Positions 29,228 to 44,689 are shown, numbered from the stretch's first letter. The stretch is 64,000 nucleotides of DNA from the human T2T-CHM13v2.0 reference genome, Homo sapiens (GCF_009914755.1 NC_060937.1); one strand, 5' to 3'. Program-made: numbers and translations. Notes: a model not told the origin generated them from the letters alone.

Positions 29228-32189
29228 TATTTCAAAGAAGGGGCTTAACTGTTCCCTCAAGAAGACATGTGTGCTAAAAACTCTCACTAGTCTTCTGAGT
29301 TTTAGGCCTTAGAAAAGCATTTGATATGCTCCATGACAGCAAAGATTAAAGGATACAAGAATAAATCTTCTTAGTACCAGTTTTACAAATATGTCGCAAA
29401 CCCCATTTTACTCTAATCTACAGAAAGGTTTATACTTTCTAATCTTCCTTAAGAAATAAATTTTAATATAGTAAGTAATTCAACCATTACTCACAGATAA
29501 ATAGTAAAAGCAAGTTCTGAGAGTTAAAAATATTTTAAATGCTCATCTCTTAGCCTCCATGAACGGCAGCACATTTTGGAGCTGTAAAATATCCTCCCTC
29601 CAAGCTTTGTTCCTCTCCATTGGCAAACATTAGCTGTGCATGCCCCATCCTCCTGTTACACACACTTTACTTATACAACACAGGCCAATGTGTTTTTTTC
29701 TTCTGATTTCTTTTGGATCATCATAAGCATTATAGACATTTTCATCAGTGATGCCAAGAGAACTGGGAATATGTGAGTTTACTTTTGCTTCCTCTGTTGC
29801 CTAGTTGGCTGCTTCTGTAGCAACAGAACAAAAAGAGGATCATGCATGAAATACAGCTATTATTTATGAGAGAATGACTGCTTTTAAAACAAGATAGATG
29901 TTTAGTATTCTGTGGATACTCCCGCACCAAATTGTAACAGTTCTGAAGGAGGTTAAATTGCAAGCCAAGACTGTCAAAATTCTCTCTTGATATAGCACCA
30001 AAATAGCCTGATCAGCCCAAAAGCTGCTGAGCCTCACTATTAGGAATTGCAGCTACTCTGCAATGTGAAAGATAGGGAATTTGGTCTATTTCATAGATTT
30101 TTTTTTTTTTTATTCCCTGAGATTTACTGCCTAAAGAATAAGAATTTCTGCTTGGATGGCTTGATGTGACATTTACCTCTAGTTTTGCCAATGAGGTCGT
30201 GGTGTGGTTTAATACATTACATTAACCCATGCCTCTTGGATCTCAAATCATTTTAGATTGTGATTTAGTTTTACCCAGCATCTATCAGTTAGCATGAAAA
30301 CAAGTTCAGGTAATATTCTAAGTCAAGACTAGACCGCAGGCCATACATTCACTCACCAAATTTTATCAAGCATCTACTATGTGCCACTGATACATCTCGC
30401 ATAGAGAATTCATTAGGGACAAAACAGGCTTTTTCCTTACAGACCATCACCCAGGATTCTTCCTAGAAGGTTAATATAAAATAACTTAGATTTTTACCAA
30501 AAGTCGTAAGAAAATCCTAATCATGAGTGAAGTATCTCATCTAATAAATTTAAACATCTGACAGATTGGCCAACTTGTTTTCCCCTAAAGAGGGAGAGTT
30601 ATTACTATTCTTTAGAAAGTCTAAGGAAGAATTAGGCAAATAGTATAATAATTATATTGACCAGGGAAAACGTGTGTTTAATGGATTGAAGCATAATATA
30701 ACATCAGGCTCCAGAGTATCTGAGTTAAGAACTAGGTGTCCTAAGTTCTGTAACATCTTTTGCTTTATCAAACACGTCTTAAAATACTACTGAGCAGTTT
30801 AACTATGCAATTCTACTTTTATTTCAAAGAACACTACAAGGAAGACAATGATTGCAGTTCAAGTCTCTGACACTTGAATTAATACAACTATATCTAATTT
30901 GTGGCATGAAAGAAGAGTAAGAGCAGTAGCTGTAAGATTAGAAAACACAACTAGAAAGATGACAGAATTTGAAAGCATATAAACAAGCATACTCTATTTT
31001 CTTGCATATTTCCCTTGTATATGCATTGCCTTCATCAAAATTTTTTCACCCAGTGAAGTTTTAAGGTTATTTCTGACTACACATATCAAAATTAGGAAAG
31101 GTAAAGGTCATTAATAATGCCTGCATCACTTTCTAAATCCAATTCCACACTGAGAGGCAGAATATCATTAACAATAAAAAGAAATAGTGTGTAGGGGATG
31201 TTTAATTAGAGATTCAAATATCACATTTTCACTTTTATTATATACAAGTGCAGAAATAGAATTGTCCATTTATATGGGATTGTATTTTATTTGGCTTTTT
31301 AATAAGTTATCTGCTTATTAATAAAACCCAAGAAATATAATGTCTTTGGTCCTTCTCTCATTGATGAGATAGCATAGCAGTGATTCACCTGAAGTAGCGT
31401 AAGACTCCAGCGAATGGATCCAAAGGCTACAGACAAGTTTCATTCAATTCATTCTTATTGGACATGTACTTATTTTTCCACATATACCATACCCATATAT
31501 TGCATTAGGCCATGAATACAAGAAAGATAAACATATTTGGACTCTGTCGTCAAGCAACATAGAGTTTTGTGAATATTTTGCAATTTTTTAAATAAAAATT
31601 CATCATACTTGGACAAAAAATGAGCTCCAGAAATGTAAGTATTTAGCTATATGTTATACTTAAAATTATTTTAAATACACAAGGGAAACAATGTTTTAAA
31701 AGACCTCTTTGGTCAATAGTCAATCCTCTAGGACATGAAATTTTTCACTTACGTTCACCTGCATTTCAGCATTTATTTTTTGTTCCTTTTCAGATGTTGA
31801 TAGAGAGATCCTTAGATGAAAAATAGAGATTCTATATGTGGTGTCATTTCTTTACCCTTCTTGTTTCTGGAGTCAGCGTTTCCTGTACATGTAACTACAA
31901 TGATTCACACTTGCTATGTAGCATTAATAGCACCCCAAATGCACAAGATTGGCCGTTTTTATTTTTCTTAATTGGTTTTGCAAGTTTTCCACAAGCCCAC
32001 ACTAAAGAGCTCATGTCTGTTGAGACTTGTCATTCAAAATCAACCTTAGCCCCTTTGCGTTGACCATAATCTCAAACTATTAGAATGGAAGAATTTCAGG
32101 AAAACAAAATAAGTATTTAATAAATATCTGTTGAATGAATGGACTAAATGATTACTAATGAAGACTACAGTTGAACAAAAATGTTTTAG

Positions 32190-32360
32190 GGCAGTCTTTC
32201 TCAAATATTAATATGTATATGAATCATCTGTGAGGGAACTTGTGAAAATGCATATTCTCATTCATTATATCCAGGGTAGGACTTCATACTCAGCATTTCT
32301 AAAAAGCTTCCAAGTGATACTAATGTTGCTGGTCCTTAGACAACACTTTGAATAGCATGG
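32190..32360. mobile_element. MER5A/B hAT relic
   Basis: cagtctttctcaaa...gaatcatctg...gcatttctaaaaagcttccaagtgatactaatgttgctggtcc...acactttgaatagca. Confidence 0.75.
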
Positions 32361-35169
32361 CTTTTGGATACTAGTGTAAAATTTTATTACCGAATACATG
32401 TTTTCAGGCCATAAACATTTTTGGGTTAAAAATATATTAGGAGGCATAATCCTGTATTGTACCTAAAAATAAAGATGGTGTTTTTTTCTTCATTTAGGGC
32501 TTACTTTTAGCTTACTGTATGGCAAACACTGTTATAACTTAGAAATTGGAGTGAATAAAGAATATTGTTAAACATCAAAAGGAAAAAAATAGTAGTGACT
32601 GAACTAACAATTACCAGCTACAAGCAAAAGGGTTATGTAAAATGACAATGAAGTTCTGAAATGTTAAAGAATAAAAATGAAAAAAATCATTAAGCATATC
32701 AGAAAATACGAAAAAAAGAAGATATGAGATTCTGAGGGTATATTACAACACGAAAAGGCTTGAATCAACCACATTTTAGATGCTCACATTTTTAAACTTA
32801 TGTAAATAATCTAATATAGATATAGATGCTATTTTGTAGATGAAGAAACGGTGTCGCAGGTTACAGTTTAAATGACTTCATCTAGGTTCTCACAATGAGG
32901 AACTAGTAGAACCAGTATTCATTTTACATCTTATTCCAGAGCCTTAACTGAAATTATTTTTGTTTAACATTAGAGAGACTGTAGATCTCAAAGTGTGTTA
33001 TTATTTTTAGAACTTCACTGTACTTTTCTTCCAAACTTCGTGTTAGATCTGGCAGTGGTTATGAAATGACTCAGTTTCAACTTCTTTCTCCCTTCAGTGC
33101 TTCCTAAAATGTTTCACTTTGTTTCTCCTCCAATGACTTTGTAAATTTATAACATGTTTGAACTCAAGTATTAATTTAAATGAGTTCTACATCCCTTTGG
33201 TGCAATGGAATTTAAAATCACATATGTTCTTTATTTAAATGACTTTAAAATATTATAAATGTACATAAAAGAGAAATTCAAAATAAAATCTATGTTTTAT
33301 CTACACAAAACACTTCATGAAAAATGCAAGAGGTGAAGCTAATACAGTGAAGATTTTTCAAATTTAAATCTATTTTGTCATAAATTACAAAAGCTAAGGT
33401 TTCTAAACCTCCAACTACAAATATTTTCATGTTTCATTGAATATGTTGATTGCCGTCATTTGAAGGACTTGCTGCCAATGTTGTTCTCTTACTGTTACAT
33501 GTAGATTTTAGCTTATATGCCCAACAATCTGAGATGGCAGCCACAGCCTTTGAATTGGCTCAGCATTTCCTTCAAGGACACATGTATTATTGCTGTGAGA
33601 TCATTGGCTTTGAAGTCTCACATAGCTGATCCTGCTTTACCCCTTATTAGTGGTTTCATTTGCATAATGAAAATATTAATACCAATGTAATCATTAGACT
33701 TATAAAATGTATGTAAAAATTAGCAGATTAAAATTCAATTGTGGTTCCAGTCATGAGAGTAATTTACTGTTAATAGTTCCTCGGTCATGTCATAGACACT
33801 TACAATTTCCTGATGTTATTTATAGTGTCAATCCACAAGTGACTCCTAAGAAATAATCATGTACTTTTATCCCCAGTGAATAAAATGTCTTTGTTTTAAG
33901 GATTATTTATTATTTACTAAGGTTCATGCTTTTTCAAATTGTTTTATAATTATCAGGTGTGTAGGTTTTAAGATAATCTTCTAAAGGGAATGTGTTATAC
34001 TTATTCCTAAAATACAGAAACAATATTTAAGACCTTGGAGATACTCTAATCTAGTTTCTGTAATGATTTGACTTGATATTCTATGCTAATATTTGAGTTT
34101 TAAATTAACTTATTTTCATTTTGATCTTACCTTTAAGGTGAAATAATTGATTTTGTCCATTTACTTGGGTTGTTCTTAGATTTTTAAAATGGAATTTTAA
34201 ATTTCTTTATATCTATATCGAGGATCTATTGTATTTCTGGCTTATGATACTTACAATACATGCATGTAAAGCAATTTCAATCTCTATCCCTGGCAGATTT
34301 TTAAAAAATTATTTTCAGTATTTTGTTTTTGATTCTATAAATTAATAGCACTCAATATGTAGCAAAGCAAAACTTCAATAACATGTTTTTTTTATTAATT
34401 TCCTTGTGAAACATATGTTGGATTGCAAAGAAAAGTACTCAATAACCACGTACCTGGATATATGCATAGCTATTAGAATTCAGGCAAAAACCTAAGAGAG
34501 CAAAGCAAAAATCTCATTTTCAAGGGCCCATTGAGATTTGAACTACTGCCACTCTCATAACTCTTCCCCTGTACTTTATTCCCCCGGACTGAGGAGACAG
34601 TTTCAATGCCTAATGCTGCTCCAGCCTTCCTTGATAGTAGCATACCTTGTTTGCTAAAGTTGTCATCTCAAAGGTACTAAACCGCATGATTTCTCCCCTA
34701 TGTTATTTCATTTTATTTCCCATAAAACGCACAATGAGAAATATCCTAGGAACCAGAGATTTTACTTTCCAACTCTAATGTTGAGTTTTATAACATCGTT
34801 AGGTTTCTTACAGAAAAATAATAAGGTGCAAGGTATAAATCAGTTTCTCACGTTGGCTTAAGCATTTCCGAGGCCCAGCCAGCCATCAGATTCACTTATG
34901 AACTGGAATTGCAGCTTTTAATGGCGTAGACCACTAGGCCACAATGTAAAGAAGGGGGAAAAAAAAACTATAGTAACTTCTAAACTAAGTAGCTATGCAA
35001 TATCAGTTATCACCCTGATAGGTTGTGAGCTAAGAATATTTTGACCTCCAAAAGAGAAATATCACTTGTTGCCGTCTGAAACTTAAAGGACATAGCTATA
35101 AAGGAAGTTTAATTATATTAGTTAATAAAAAATAAAATTTGATTAGTTTGTCTTTAAAAGAGCAAAATA

Positions 35170-35504
<335 letters not shown>

Positions 35505-37574
35505 CTATACTCTCAGAGCTCTAAACCAAGCAAAAACACCTTGGAGTAACAGATTTTAGATAAAAACAGTGTGATTATTTCCTTGAAAATTAGTATATTA
35601 TACACATGTTTCTCATTAGCAGACCAATACACCTATTTAAATACAGTAGATTTGAAGGGATTCTGGCTACTAAAGTCAATACCTGCCTGCAAAGTGGCTA
35701 CATAGTTACAGACAGTGGGGCCCATGACTGGGGCTGTCAGCCATTTGGACCATTTGGGAGAGACCTTGAGAATGTAGTGTTACAGGAATGGTGGTGCAAC
35801 CTGGGGTCTATGAACTAATCCAAGTCAATATTACTAACAAGTTCCAATATTATTTATCAATTTTTCTTGGTAAATTTACTTTCTAGTTTTAGGGAATTAA
35901 GAAGATGAGATAGTAGAAAAGGTACCAGATATAAAGTGAATAGGTTTGGTATAAAATAGAAAGTAGAACAAGAATTTTCTACTCTTCTTTTCCATGTACT
36001 CCCATTGTCTCTGAAGAATACATATGCTGATTTAATAAAAAAAATCTTTATACCCCTCTAATCTGTGGCTAGCGTATTAAGTCATAGGAAATTGGAGATG
36101 TATTATATAAATACCCCCAAACAAGGAGTCAGAGCTTCTGGATATTTAGGGGCAAAATAGAACATTCTTAAGTTGTGTCTGTAGCAATTATGGGCATGAA
36201 TTCAAATCATGAATTAGTGAGAATACTTGGTGGACAATTACTCTAATCATGCTGCTATCCATTTCTCATGTTTCAATTTCACATTCCCGTAACTTAAAAG
36301 AATTTCCAGCAAAACCCTTCTTGCTGGTGTTATCATTTTCACCCTCCAGGCCAGATGTAGCTTAACACTATGTAGGTAGCTCTGCAAAGAAAGCTAATAG
36401 TCATAGGTTAAAAAGGGGAGGAAATAATGTAGCTGACTTTCATGGGATATATTCTCTGCTGTCAATATTTTGTAGTATTTAATACTGACTCCTACCCTTA
36501 GAAACACGTATTTGCATCTTTACTTCTCAAATGTTGGTAATAAGGTTAAGTAACATGCCCAAGGTGACAGAAGTGGCATAAGAATATCATGATATAAATC
36601 CATGCCCAGCACTGTTGGACCACCTACCAAGAAGGACTTCTGACATTCCCAGATTCTTCTTCTTTTTTTTTTTTCGGTCTTCATAAGCATATTTAATAAA
36701 ATAGACTTTTTTCAAAAGAAGTATAATGTCAAGCCAGTTCTTTGAATCATGAACCTTCTGTCCAATTTCTAAATCTTGTGAATTTTCTGAATTCCATTCT
36801 TGGGAAATCTAACCATGTTATTGTCACTGCCTTTAGAATGAAAAGGGGTTTGTTCCTTACAGTGGACTTATCAGTTTTTCTTCCTAGCCCCAGAATCTGG
36901 CCAAACTCTCCAACAGAAATCAAGAAACAATAATATTTTAAGAGCTGAAAAGCAACCTATAGTTGAAAATCAAGTTGTCTCCCTCACCTGATAGGAAAAC
37001 TGTGAAACATTTGGCTCTCCTTATGACATATATATTTTGATTTAAAAGCATGAGAGTTTTTTTTTCAAAAAGACAAATATTCTTTCAAATCGTTTTGTTC
37101 ATTTTTACTACCTTCACTGAAGCATGAATAGCACAGAAGTAGGCATTAGTCTTTGGATTGTGTGTTATTCAACCGACTGTTACTTGCATTCCAATTACTC
37201 AGCCAGCATGGGATACAGCTGTGTCCAAGGAGTATTTCAGCGTTTCCTAACAACTCTATATATCACAATTGAATTTATTTAGATTGTATGTTAACTATTA
37301 CAGTTTGGATCTGAACTCTAGGTTATTACATTTAAAGTCATAGAATATCTAAAAAATTAGCAAACAAAAATATTTGTTATTATTTTTAAAAAGTAATATA
37401 TTTAAGATTATCAGGGTCAGTTCATACGTTTATGTGGGTAAAATTAAACAATAGTCAAACAATGTCAGATAAAACTGCCCATGATGACATCTTCTCCTTT
37501 AATATGGAAGAGAGGACACATGTTTGACAGGTATGAAAATATCTAATTAATAATTGAGGAATTACAACTTACTA

Positions 37575-37712
37575 AATTCTACCTCTGCAGTTACATCAGT
37601 GTGACTTTGGATGTATTATTAGCTTTCTGCTCTTCAGTTTCTTCTAATGGAATTCCTGTTGCAAGGATTAAATGAGATAATGTCTATAAAATGCCTACCA
37701 TAATACTTGTCA
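37575..37712 (+). mobile_element. MIR SINE fragment
   Basis: gtgtgactttggatg...cttcagtttc...gttgcaaggattaaatgagataatg. Confidence 0.65.
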
Positions 37713-38744
37713 CCTTCTGAGTCTGTCACCAAGGAAATGACTAGTTTGTTTTCCCAACTACATAAATATAAAGCAAGGTCTCAGACAATACCTTATTTAT
37801 CATGTACTGTTGGCTGTGTTACGTAACAACACAAGGTCAAAATAACTACAGTTAGGATTTTGATTCTCTCAAAAGAAACAATTAAATAGAAACTAAATGC
37901 CTTTGCTAAAAGGCCAATCTGATTTCCCCATGCCAAGGCTGAAGCTGTAGTTACTCAAGACTAGAACAGAATGGTAACTTGTAAAATTATACACATTATA
38001 GTAATAAAGACAAGCACATATATAAGAGTCAACATTTTCTTTTTGCCAAGATATAGTTAATATCTTATAGAAAATAGATTTTTCTTCAGATACCCGAATA
38101 GAGAACTTACCATATTTTGGGGAAAACACTTACTTAATATCCACATAGGTTAGCCCAGCCATGAATAAAGAAGTAACACAAGATAAATCGTGTGTATGTG
38201 TTGGGGGTAGTGTTTCACAGAATGCACTTTCCTTATCAGTTTATGGTATTGCTGTCATTATTTTAACTAAATTTTCATATAGCAACACACCAAAGCCACG
38301 AACCGTAAAATACTACTAAGTCATTTGAAATGTATTCTATTTCTTAGACTCAGAAGACTTGAATTCAGAATTTACTAAAACTATTATTTTTATTTCAATC
38401 CCATGTCTCTAGGATATATTCTTAAGAGTAGAAAGAGAGGAAAATACTGACTTTAACTTCCTCTAGATAATCTCCCCGTAGATTGATAAGGTTCTCAGCA
38501 ACACAACAAAAATCTTCAGCATCTCAAGGAAGAGGATCCTGATTAATTACATCAGGTTGGTGAAAGGACAGCTTTTAGATGTTGTTCACATCTCTTCAAC
38601 TGCTCTTATCAAAGTTCATCACTTACACTGCTGACTAAGGATAACTACTGTGTACTGTAAAAGAGATGGCAGGGCTGCAGATTTTGTGTTACTGTATTAT
38701 TTCTCTGGTTTCTTTCTCTTTTCATAGTAAATGTAAAAGTCTGT

Positions 38745-38867
38745 AAAACTCTGGTGGAGGATGGTGATGGGGGGAAACTGCATGTGTGAGGGCGAGATAC
38801 ATGGGAATTCTTTGTACTTTCAATTTTCCTTTAAAATTGCTCTAAAAAATAAAGTTTATTAAAAAAA
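38745..38867 (+). mobile_element. L1M extreme 3' end
   Basis: ggaggatggtgatggggggaaactgcatgtg...atgggaattctttgtactttc...gctctaaaaaataaagtttattaaaaaaa. Confidence 0.7.
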
Positions 38868-38962
38868 CCCTATGTAAAACTGAAAACATCATTTTCCCGT
38901 GCTTTGTTTTCATTTTCAAATGATTGACTGGCACAGTTTTTAAAATATTTTAAGAATTTTAA

Positions 38963-39265
38963 GGCCGGGCACAGTGGCTCACACCTGTAATCCAGCGCTT
39001 TGGGAGGCCAAGGTGGGTGGATCACTTGAGCCCAGGAGTTTGAGACCAGCCTGCACAATGGTGAAACTCTATCTCTACAGAAAATACAAAAAAAAAAAAA
39101 AATTAGCTGGGCATGGTGGCACATACTTATAGTCCCAGCTACTTGGGAGGCTGAAGTGGGAGGATCACCTGAGCCCAGGGAGGTTGAGACTATAGTGAGC
39201 CATGATTGTGCCACTGCATTCCAGCCTGGGCAATAGAGTGAGACCGTGTTTCAAAAAAAAAGCAA
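38963..39265 (+). mobile_element. AluJ, full length
   Basis: J diagnostics gatcacttgagcccaggag and gggaggatcacctgagcccagggagg...gtgagccatgattgtgcc. Confidence 0.95.
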
Positions 39266-40689
39266 AAAATTCAAAATCGAAATAATTTAAAAATATAAAT
39301 GTAAGTTTAACTAAAAGCTATCCTGTTAATTTATTTTCTCATTTAGTGTTATGAAAGTTATGGGCAATTTAAGAATTTTATCTGCATTACAAAGCAAATG
39401 ACATATATTTGTAGGGAGCAACCAATTTGAAAAAAATCAAATAAAAGACAAAGTATAGCAATATGGCATTCTTTTCACTAGGAAAAAAAATACTTTAATT
39501 GTTAAGCTGTTTACCATTAGAAACAAGGGACAAATTATGTCTATAACAGTAACTAAGCTTTTTATGATAGTAGTTGCACAAAATGTCTTTACAAGTACCA
39601 CTCAGTAAATTTTCTGCTCTCACAATCATTTGACCTGTAATTACTGATTTCAGTAAAAACAAAAAGAAAATTTAATTTTAATTTTAACATTCTGGCATCT
39701 ACACTAAAGAAAATTTATGGTGGGAAAAAGCATTTATAAGTTTTTGATATAAAAAAACTACATACCTCGAACTGATGAAAACAAGAAAAACCAATGAAGA
39801 GCCAAGATGCCTACTGTTGTGGGGTATATTACAAGATAAAGACTTCAGAGTGCCATATAAATACGCTAAGTGTTTTTTAATCAGCTAATGCCAAACAACA
39901 TCCTCATGAAGTTAATAAGAGCTATCCACACTCATAAATAAAAAGTTATAAAATTAATATTGCAGAACTAAAGCAGTTCTTCAAAGACCATTCTTACAGA
40001 TTTGGTTAAACACACATATACATGCAATCACATGGATGCAAAAACGCTTACACAAACAATTTCTGACCCTGAAGTATATCACTGGGACACTAAAAATAGT
40101 TTCATTACCAAGATTCAAAAGAAACAAACAAGCAGCGGGAACAACAACAAAAGACACAGGAGGAACAAATGACTCTAAGAAAAATCAAATAGTGTGACAA
40201 AATAGTATGCAATAAATATTAATTTGCAAAATGTCAAAATACTTATGAAATCTCTGAATCATGACATTCTCTAAGCATTGGCATCTGTTAAGTAATGGAA
40301 CTAAGAGATCTTGGAAGGATTGCCCAGCTCTGTTGTTATACATCTAGAATTAAATAATTCTTAAAAATGAATATATGCTTTAGGGAAGTGCCTTTTAACA
40401 TTAAGCGTAATAAAAAATCAATAAATGATTTATGAAAGATGCTCTTTTTTCAAAGTCTCTGAAATTGTGTCACTTTCCTATCTTCTGAGTACAATAATGT
40501 AGTTTATTGTCACAATTATTTTTAAGTTCTTTAGCTAAATCCTGTTTCTGATTATATTTATGTAACCAAAAATTTTTCAAAACCAAACAAGAGTAAGAAT
40601 GAAATGGAGAAAATTTTTATTCCCACAATCTGTTCTTCCTTGATGAAGTAGATTAATTAATGTTTAGTAATAGGAAAGTGTGGTTAAAA

Positions 40690-40872
40690 ATATCATTGCT
40701 TGGAAATACAAATAAAGAATAATGCAAAATAATGCATAAAAGACAATAACTAATGCAGAATAATATAGAAAAGAAATAATAATGCAGAAAAGAAATAATG
40801 AAGAAAAGAAAATAAACCAGTGAAAATGATATAGTAAAATAGCAAAAAACACAGCAGTGAAACAAAAAAATA
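40690..40872. repeat. A-rich low-complexity tract with recurring AATAATGCA / GAAAAGAAAT units
   Basis: Directly visible degenerate units. Confidence 0.7.
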
Positions 40873-43800
40873 ATTGATTCCTGATTAAAATGCAGATGGT
40901 GGTGGATTGTTCAGTTTTCTAGAAGTGATATAGATAATAAATTACAAAGTATTTGCAATAAAGAAATGTCATCTCAGGCAATCTTTTGTAAAGAATGACC
41001 TCATGTTGAACCCTCTGAATCAGAATTTTGCATTAAAATCTGTGGATTCATATTGTCATGATTCTGTCACTGCAATCATTCTAGTCAACTAAACAACACC
41101 AAAGTCACCAAAGAGTACAGTCAATTTACATGAATGTAGAAACGCTGTGAATACTGCATTGCTGTTAGTCAGACTTTCTGAATGTTATCTTGATGTTCCA
41201 GTTCTTCTCTTTTACCATAGAAAAAATTATTAGAGAACTTGTAACTACGTCTGGTTTGACAGATCTAAATAACCATTCTCCACATCCTTTTACATATGCT
41301 ATTTGTCAAATAATTAACGTGGCTTGCATAATACCAAGAATTCAAGTCAAAATCAATGGATTTTTCAATCTGCCATTCAATTTGTAAATATGCAAATTAA
41401 TGAGGTAAATGTCAATGACTTCCAATATTAACTTTTTATTATCGGGCCCTATATATCTAACTTAAGGGAGTGTACCACAGTCAATAAATTTGGCATCTCA
41501 TCTAGCATATACTAAATGAAATCATGTAAAGAAATAACTTTTCCTAAATATTCAGAAATGGAGAATATTGTGTTTTTAAGCACATTTCATCTGACTAGAC
41601 CGCACAGTGGGGAAAGCTAACTCATCTACAATGCATTAGATAAAGCAGAGGCTCTCAGGTGAAGGGCCCCATGGAGAACACAACAGGACCGAGCAGAACT
41701 TGATATGAGAGGCTGACACTCCGGCCCAGATAACATTCACGCTCGCTCACTGCAAAGAAACAGCGAGTGAGGAGTCTCTAAGGATAATAACTTCGAAATA
41801 ACTTTCAACCCTTCATCTAGCTTCTTCCTCTAGCAAAGGTTAAATGTAAGTTTGACACATTGTTCTATTGCCTGCACTTACCCTCAGGTAATAAAAGAGA
41901 CAATGAAATATAATAATGGGTCCCCATGCTCCATGGCACCGTATAACATCTATTATGCATCTCTGGGAGTTCAAACACACTCTTCCTCGTGATGTTAAAT
42001 CACTGAACTATGTTTAAAAGAAAATAAAAGAAAACATTAGAGTAGACATGTCACTAAGTCTATGGGTTTTTGTCCTTGCTTCTGAAGTGGTTGACGTCTT
42101 CATTAAACACTCCTCCCCAGTCGCTAAGGAACTTGACATTACTTCAGCTATTAATGCATTTTAGGCCAGCTGACCCATAACATATTAATTAATTAGATTA
42201 TATGCCTATTGCTTTTTAAAATTCTCATTATATTATTGGTTAAGAAATAATAGTAAACATAATGACAATAAAAATAATAAAGAGGTAATTTACTGAGTGC
42301 TCAGTATGTACTGGGGACTGTGCAATGGTCTTATAGGGATTATCTAGATTGCTTTTTTCTTAAAAAGAAAAACTACTTGGAGAACACGAAATACCAAACC
42401 CTTAAACATATGTGTAAAGTGCAGCCTACTGACACATAGAAATTATTTATATCTTGAATCATACTAACTTTTAAAATGTAAAGCCTACTAAAATGCAGAA
42501 ATGTTTCTATCATAAATTGCATGTATATACTTAAGGAATGCTGTTAACGCAAGAATTAATACTAAGAAACTGAAGAAATAAGCACAAAAAAGTAATCACT
42601 GCAGTTTCTATCATACCTCAGCTTTACCAAAAATTATTCCAAAAAGATCGTGCATTGCTCTTCTCTTCCTCAGATATGTTTGCAGTCTTTTCTTTTCTCC
42701 CTCTTTGGCTTATCATCTTCTAATATCAGGAAACACTTTGAGAATTTCATTCCTTGGTTGCTTGCAAATTGCTCTAAGCTATTCATTCCTTTTCAACCAG
42801 TTTAGTGGAGGTCGAACATCTGTATTTCAGGCTGCTGACGAAATATCTATGGAAAGGGGCCTCTAAAGAAGTAGTGCAGAGAATAAAAACTGCTGGGAAA
42901 GATATGCAATCACTCAAAAAAAATGGGTGTGTTCCTCTGGAATGCAAAGTGACTCACAAATGGAATGCCTGATTTACCCTCTGAAAGGGGTCCGCACCTG
43001 CCTAACCATGACCACTAGTCTGGAGAAGCACTGGCTTCAGCAGCAGAAGGCAGAATCATTGATAGCAAGAATCTTTTGAGCTCCTCAGAGCCATGCAGCT
43101 CCTCACCCTTACCCTCTGCCACTGCCATCAGCAATGGGGATTTCTCAGGTAAAACAATATAGTAAACATTGATTCTCCTATAGCTATTGATGCTTTCAGA
43201 GAGAAAAGACTTTAGATGCAATCTGATTATAAGTCCATATTATTTTAAAACTGTATTTGTGATATGTACTGCCACTGAAACATCATTCACTGAATGAGCT
43301 TCTGTGCAGCTGGAAAAAAAAGTTAAGGGAGTATATTTCATGTATGAATAGCAAACTCATTGGTATTTTATATTTCAGCTTTTCTCCTGAGATCCAATGT
43401 AATAGGGTGATTAATAGGAATTTTAAAAATTCCAAAGTAGGTTGCTTAGTTGCCAGTGAAGTAGGATATAAATTTCCCTCACCCATTTAGAACCTTCTAA
43501 ATACATGTGGGTTTGTTATATGTGTGTGTGTATCTTTGTATACATACGTGTATATGTGTATCAACAGAACTCAAAATGTAAACCAGTGTAAAGTAGTGTA
43601 ACTCTAAAATATGGAAAGAGTTTTTGTTCAATTTGTATGTTGGTGTTACACACTCCAAATAATATTTCTGTAACTATCACTCAATGAGTATTTTAACCTC
43701 AGAGTGAATAATCTACTGATTTTTAACTCTAGGTTTGTTTTAATATCTTCAATTAAGAAACCAATTCTCTTCAGTAATAAACATCAAGTGACATTGAGAA

Positions 43801-44689
43801 GAGGCAAAAAAGAGTAAGAAAGAAATTAAAACAAACAATGGATAACTAATAGTGTTAAATGGAATACTAAGGCTGTTATGGAATGGAATGGAATGGCATT
43901 ATGCCTCTGTGGAATACCAACGCTGTTGAGTAATTGAAAATTTCTAAATCTCCCCAGTATACCAGTCCCACTACCGAGTCCTTGTTAAAATGCTTCCTTT
44001 TACTGTAGTCCTAGTATTTATAGGAGTTTTAATAAGCCTCCTCTATCATAAGCTGGCAAAAAGATCCCTTTTCAAAAGTCCTATATTAAAATGTTCTTCT
44101 ACATTAAAATATCAGAAAATTGCAAGTCCTTTAGAGCTTCAGTTAAAGTGGATCAAAGGTGAAGGACAGAAGGAATTTTGCACAGTACAATAGTGAAACT
44201 GCTAGAATTAGACCTCAGATCCCTTGATTCTTAACAGTTTCTGGACAAAAATAATCATAGGCTTGTACTCAAGCAGAACAAGGGCCCCTTCATTCCTGTG
44301 TTTATGGTCTTGCAATCTCTAGATCTTTCTCAGCCTCCACGGACTCTTCTGGAAAACAGGCAAACTACACCTACAATCCGAGAATATTCTAAACACAGAA
44401 AGACACTCAAATGTAAAACACTGACATCCAGACATATTAATGTTGCTGACACAGAACTCTAATATCTGTTTTTAATACTAAATAACAAAAGTCAAAAGGT
44501 GCTCTAAATGATGAATGAAAACACTTTCAAATAGAAAAAAAAACAGGTTAAATGCTCAGTTACCGTCTTTATTTATTCTACATACTTCTTAAAGTAAAAC
44601 ACACATTCAGTTGTTTATTTTCCCTCTAAGTGTGAAGAGGATACATGACAGAGATAATCTAATCTAAAAGTTTAAATAATCAGGAATGA

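Noticed and set aside
31745-31800. Strong-looking + acceptor and adjacent - donor
   Set aside because: Isolated signals with no matching partner site or open frame
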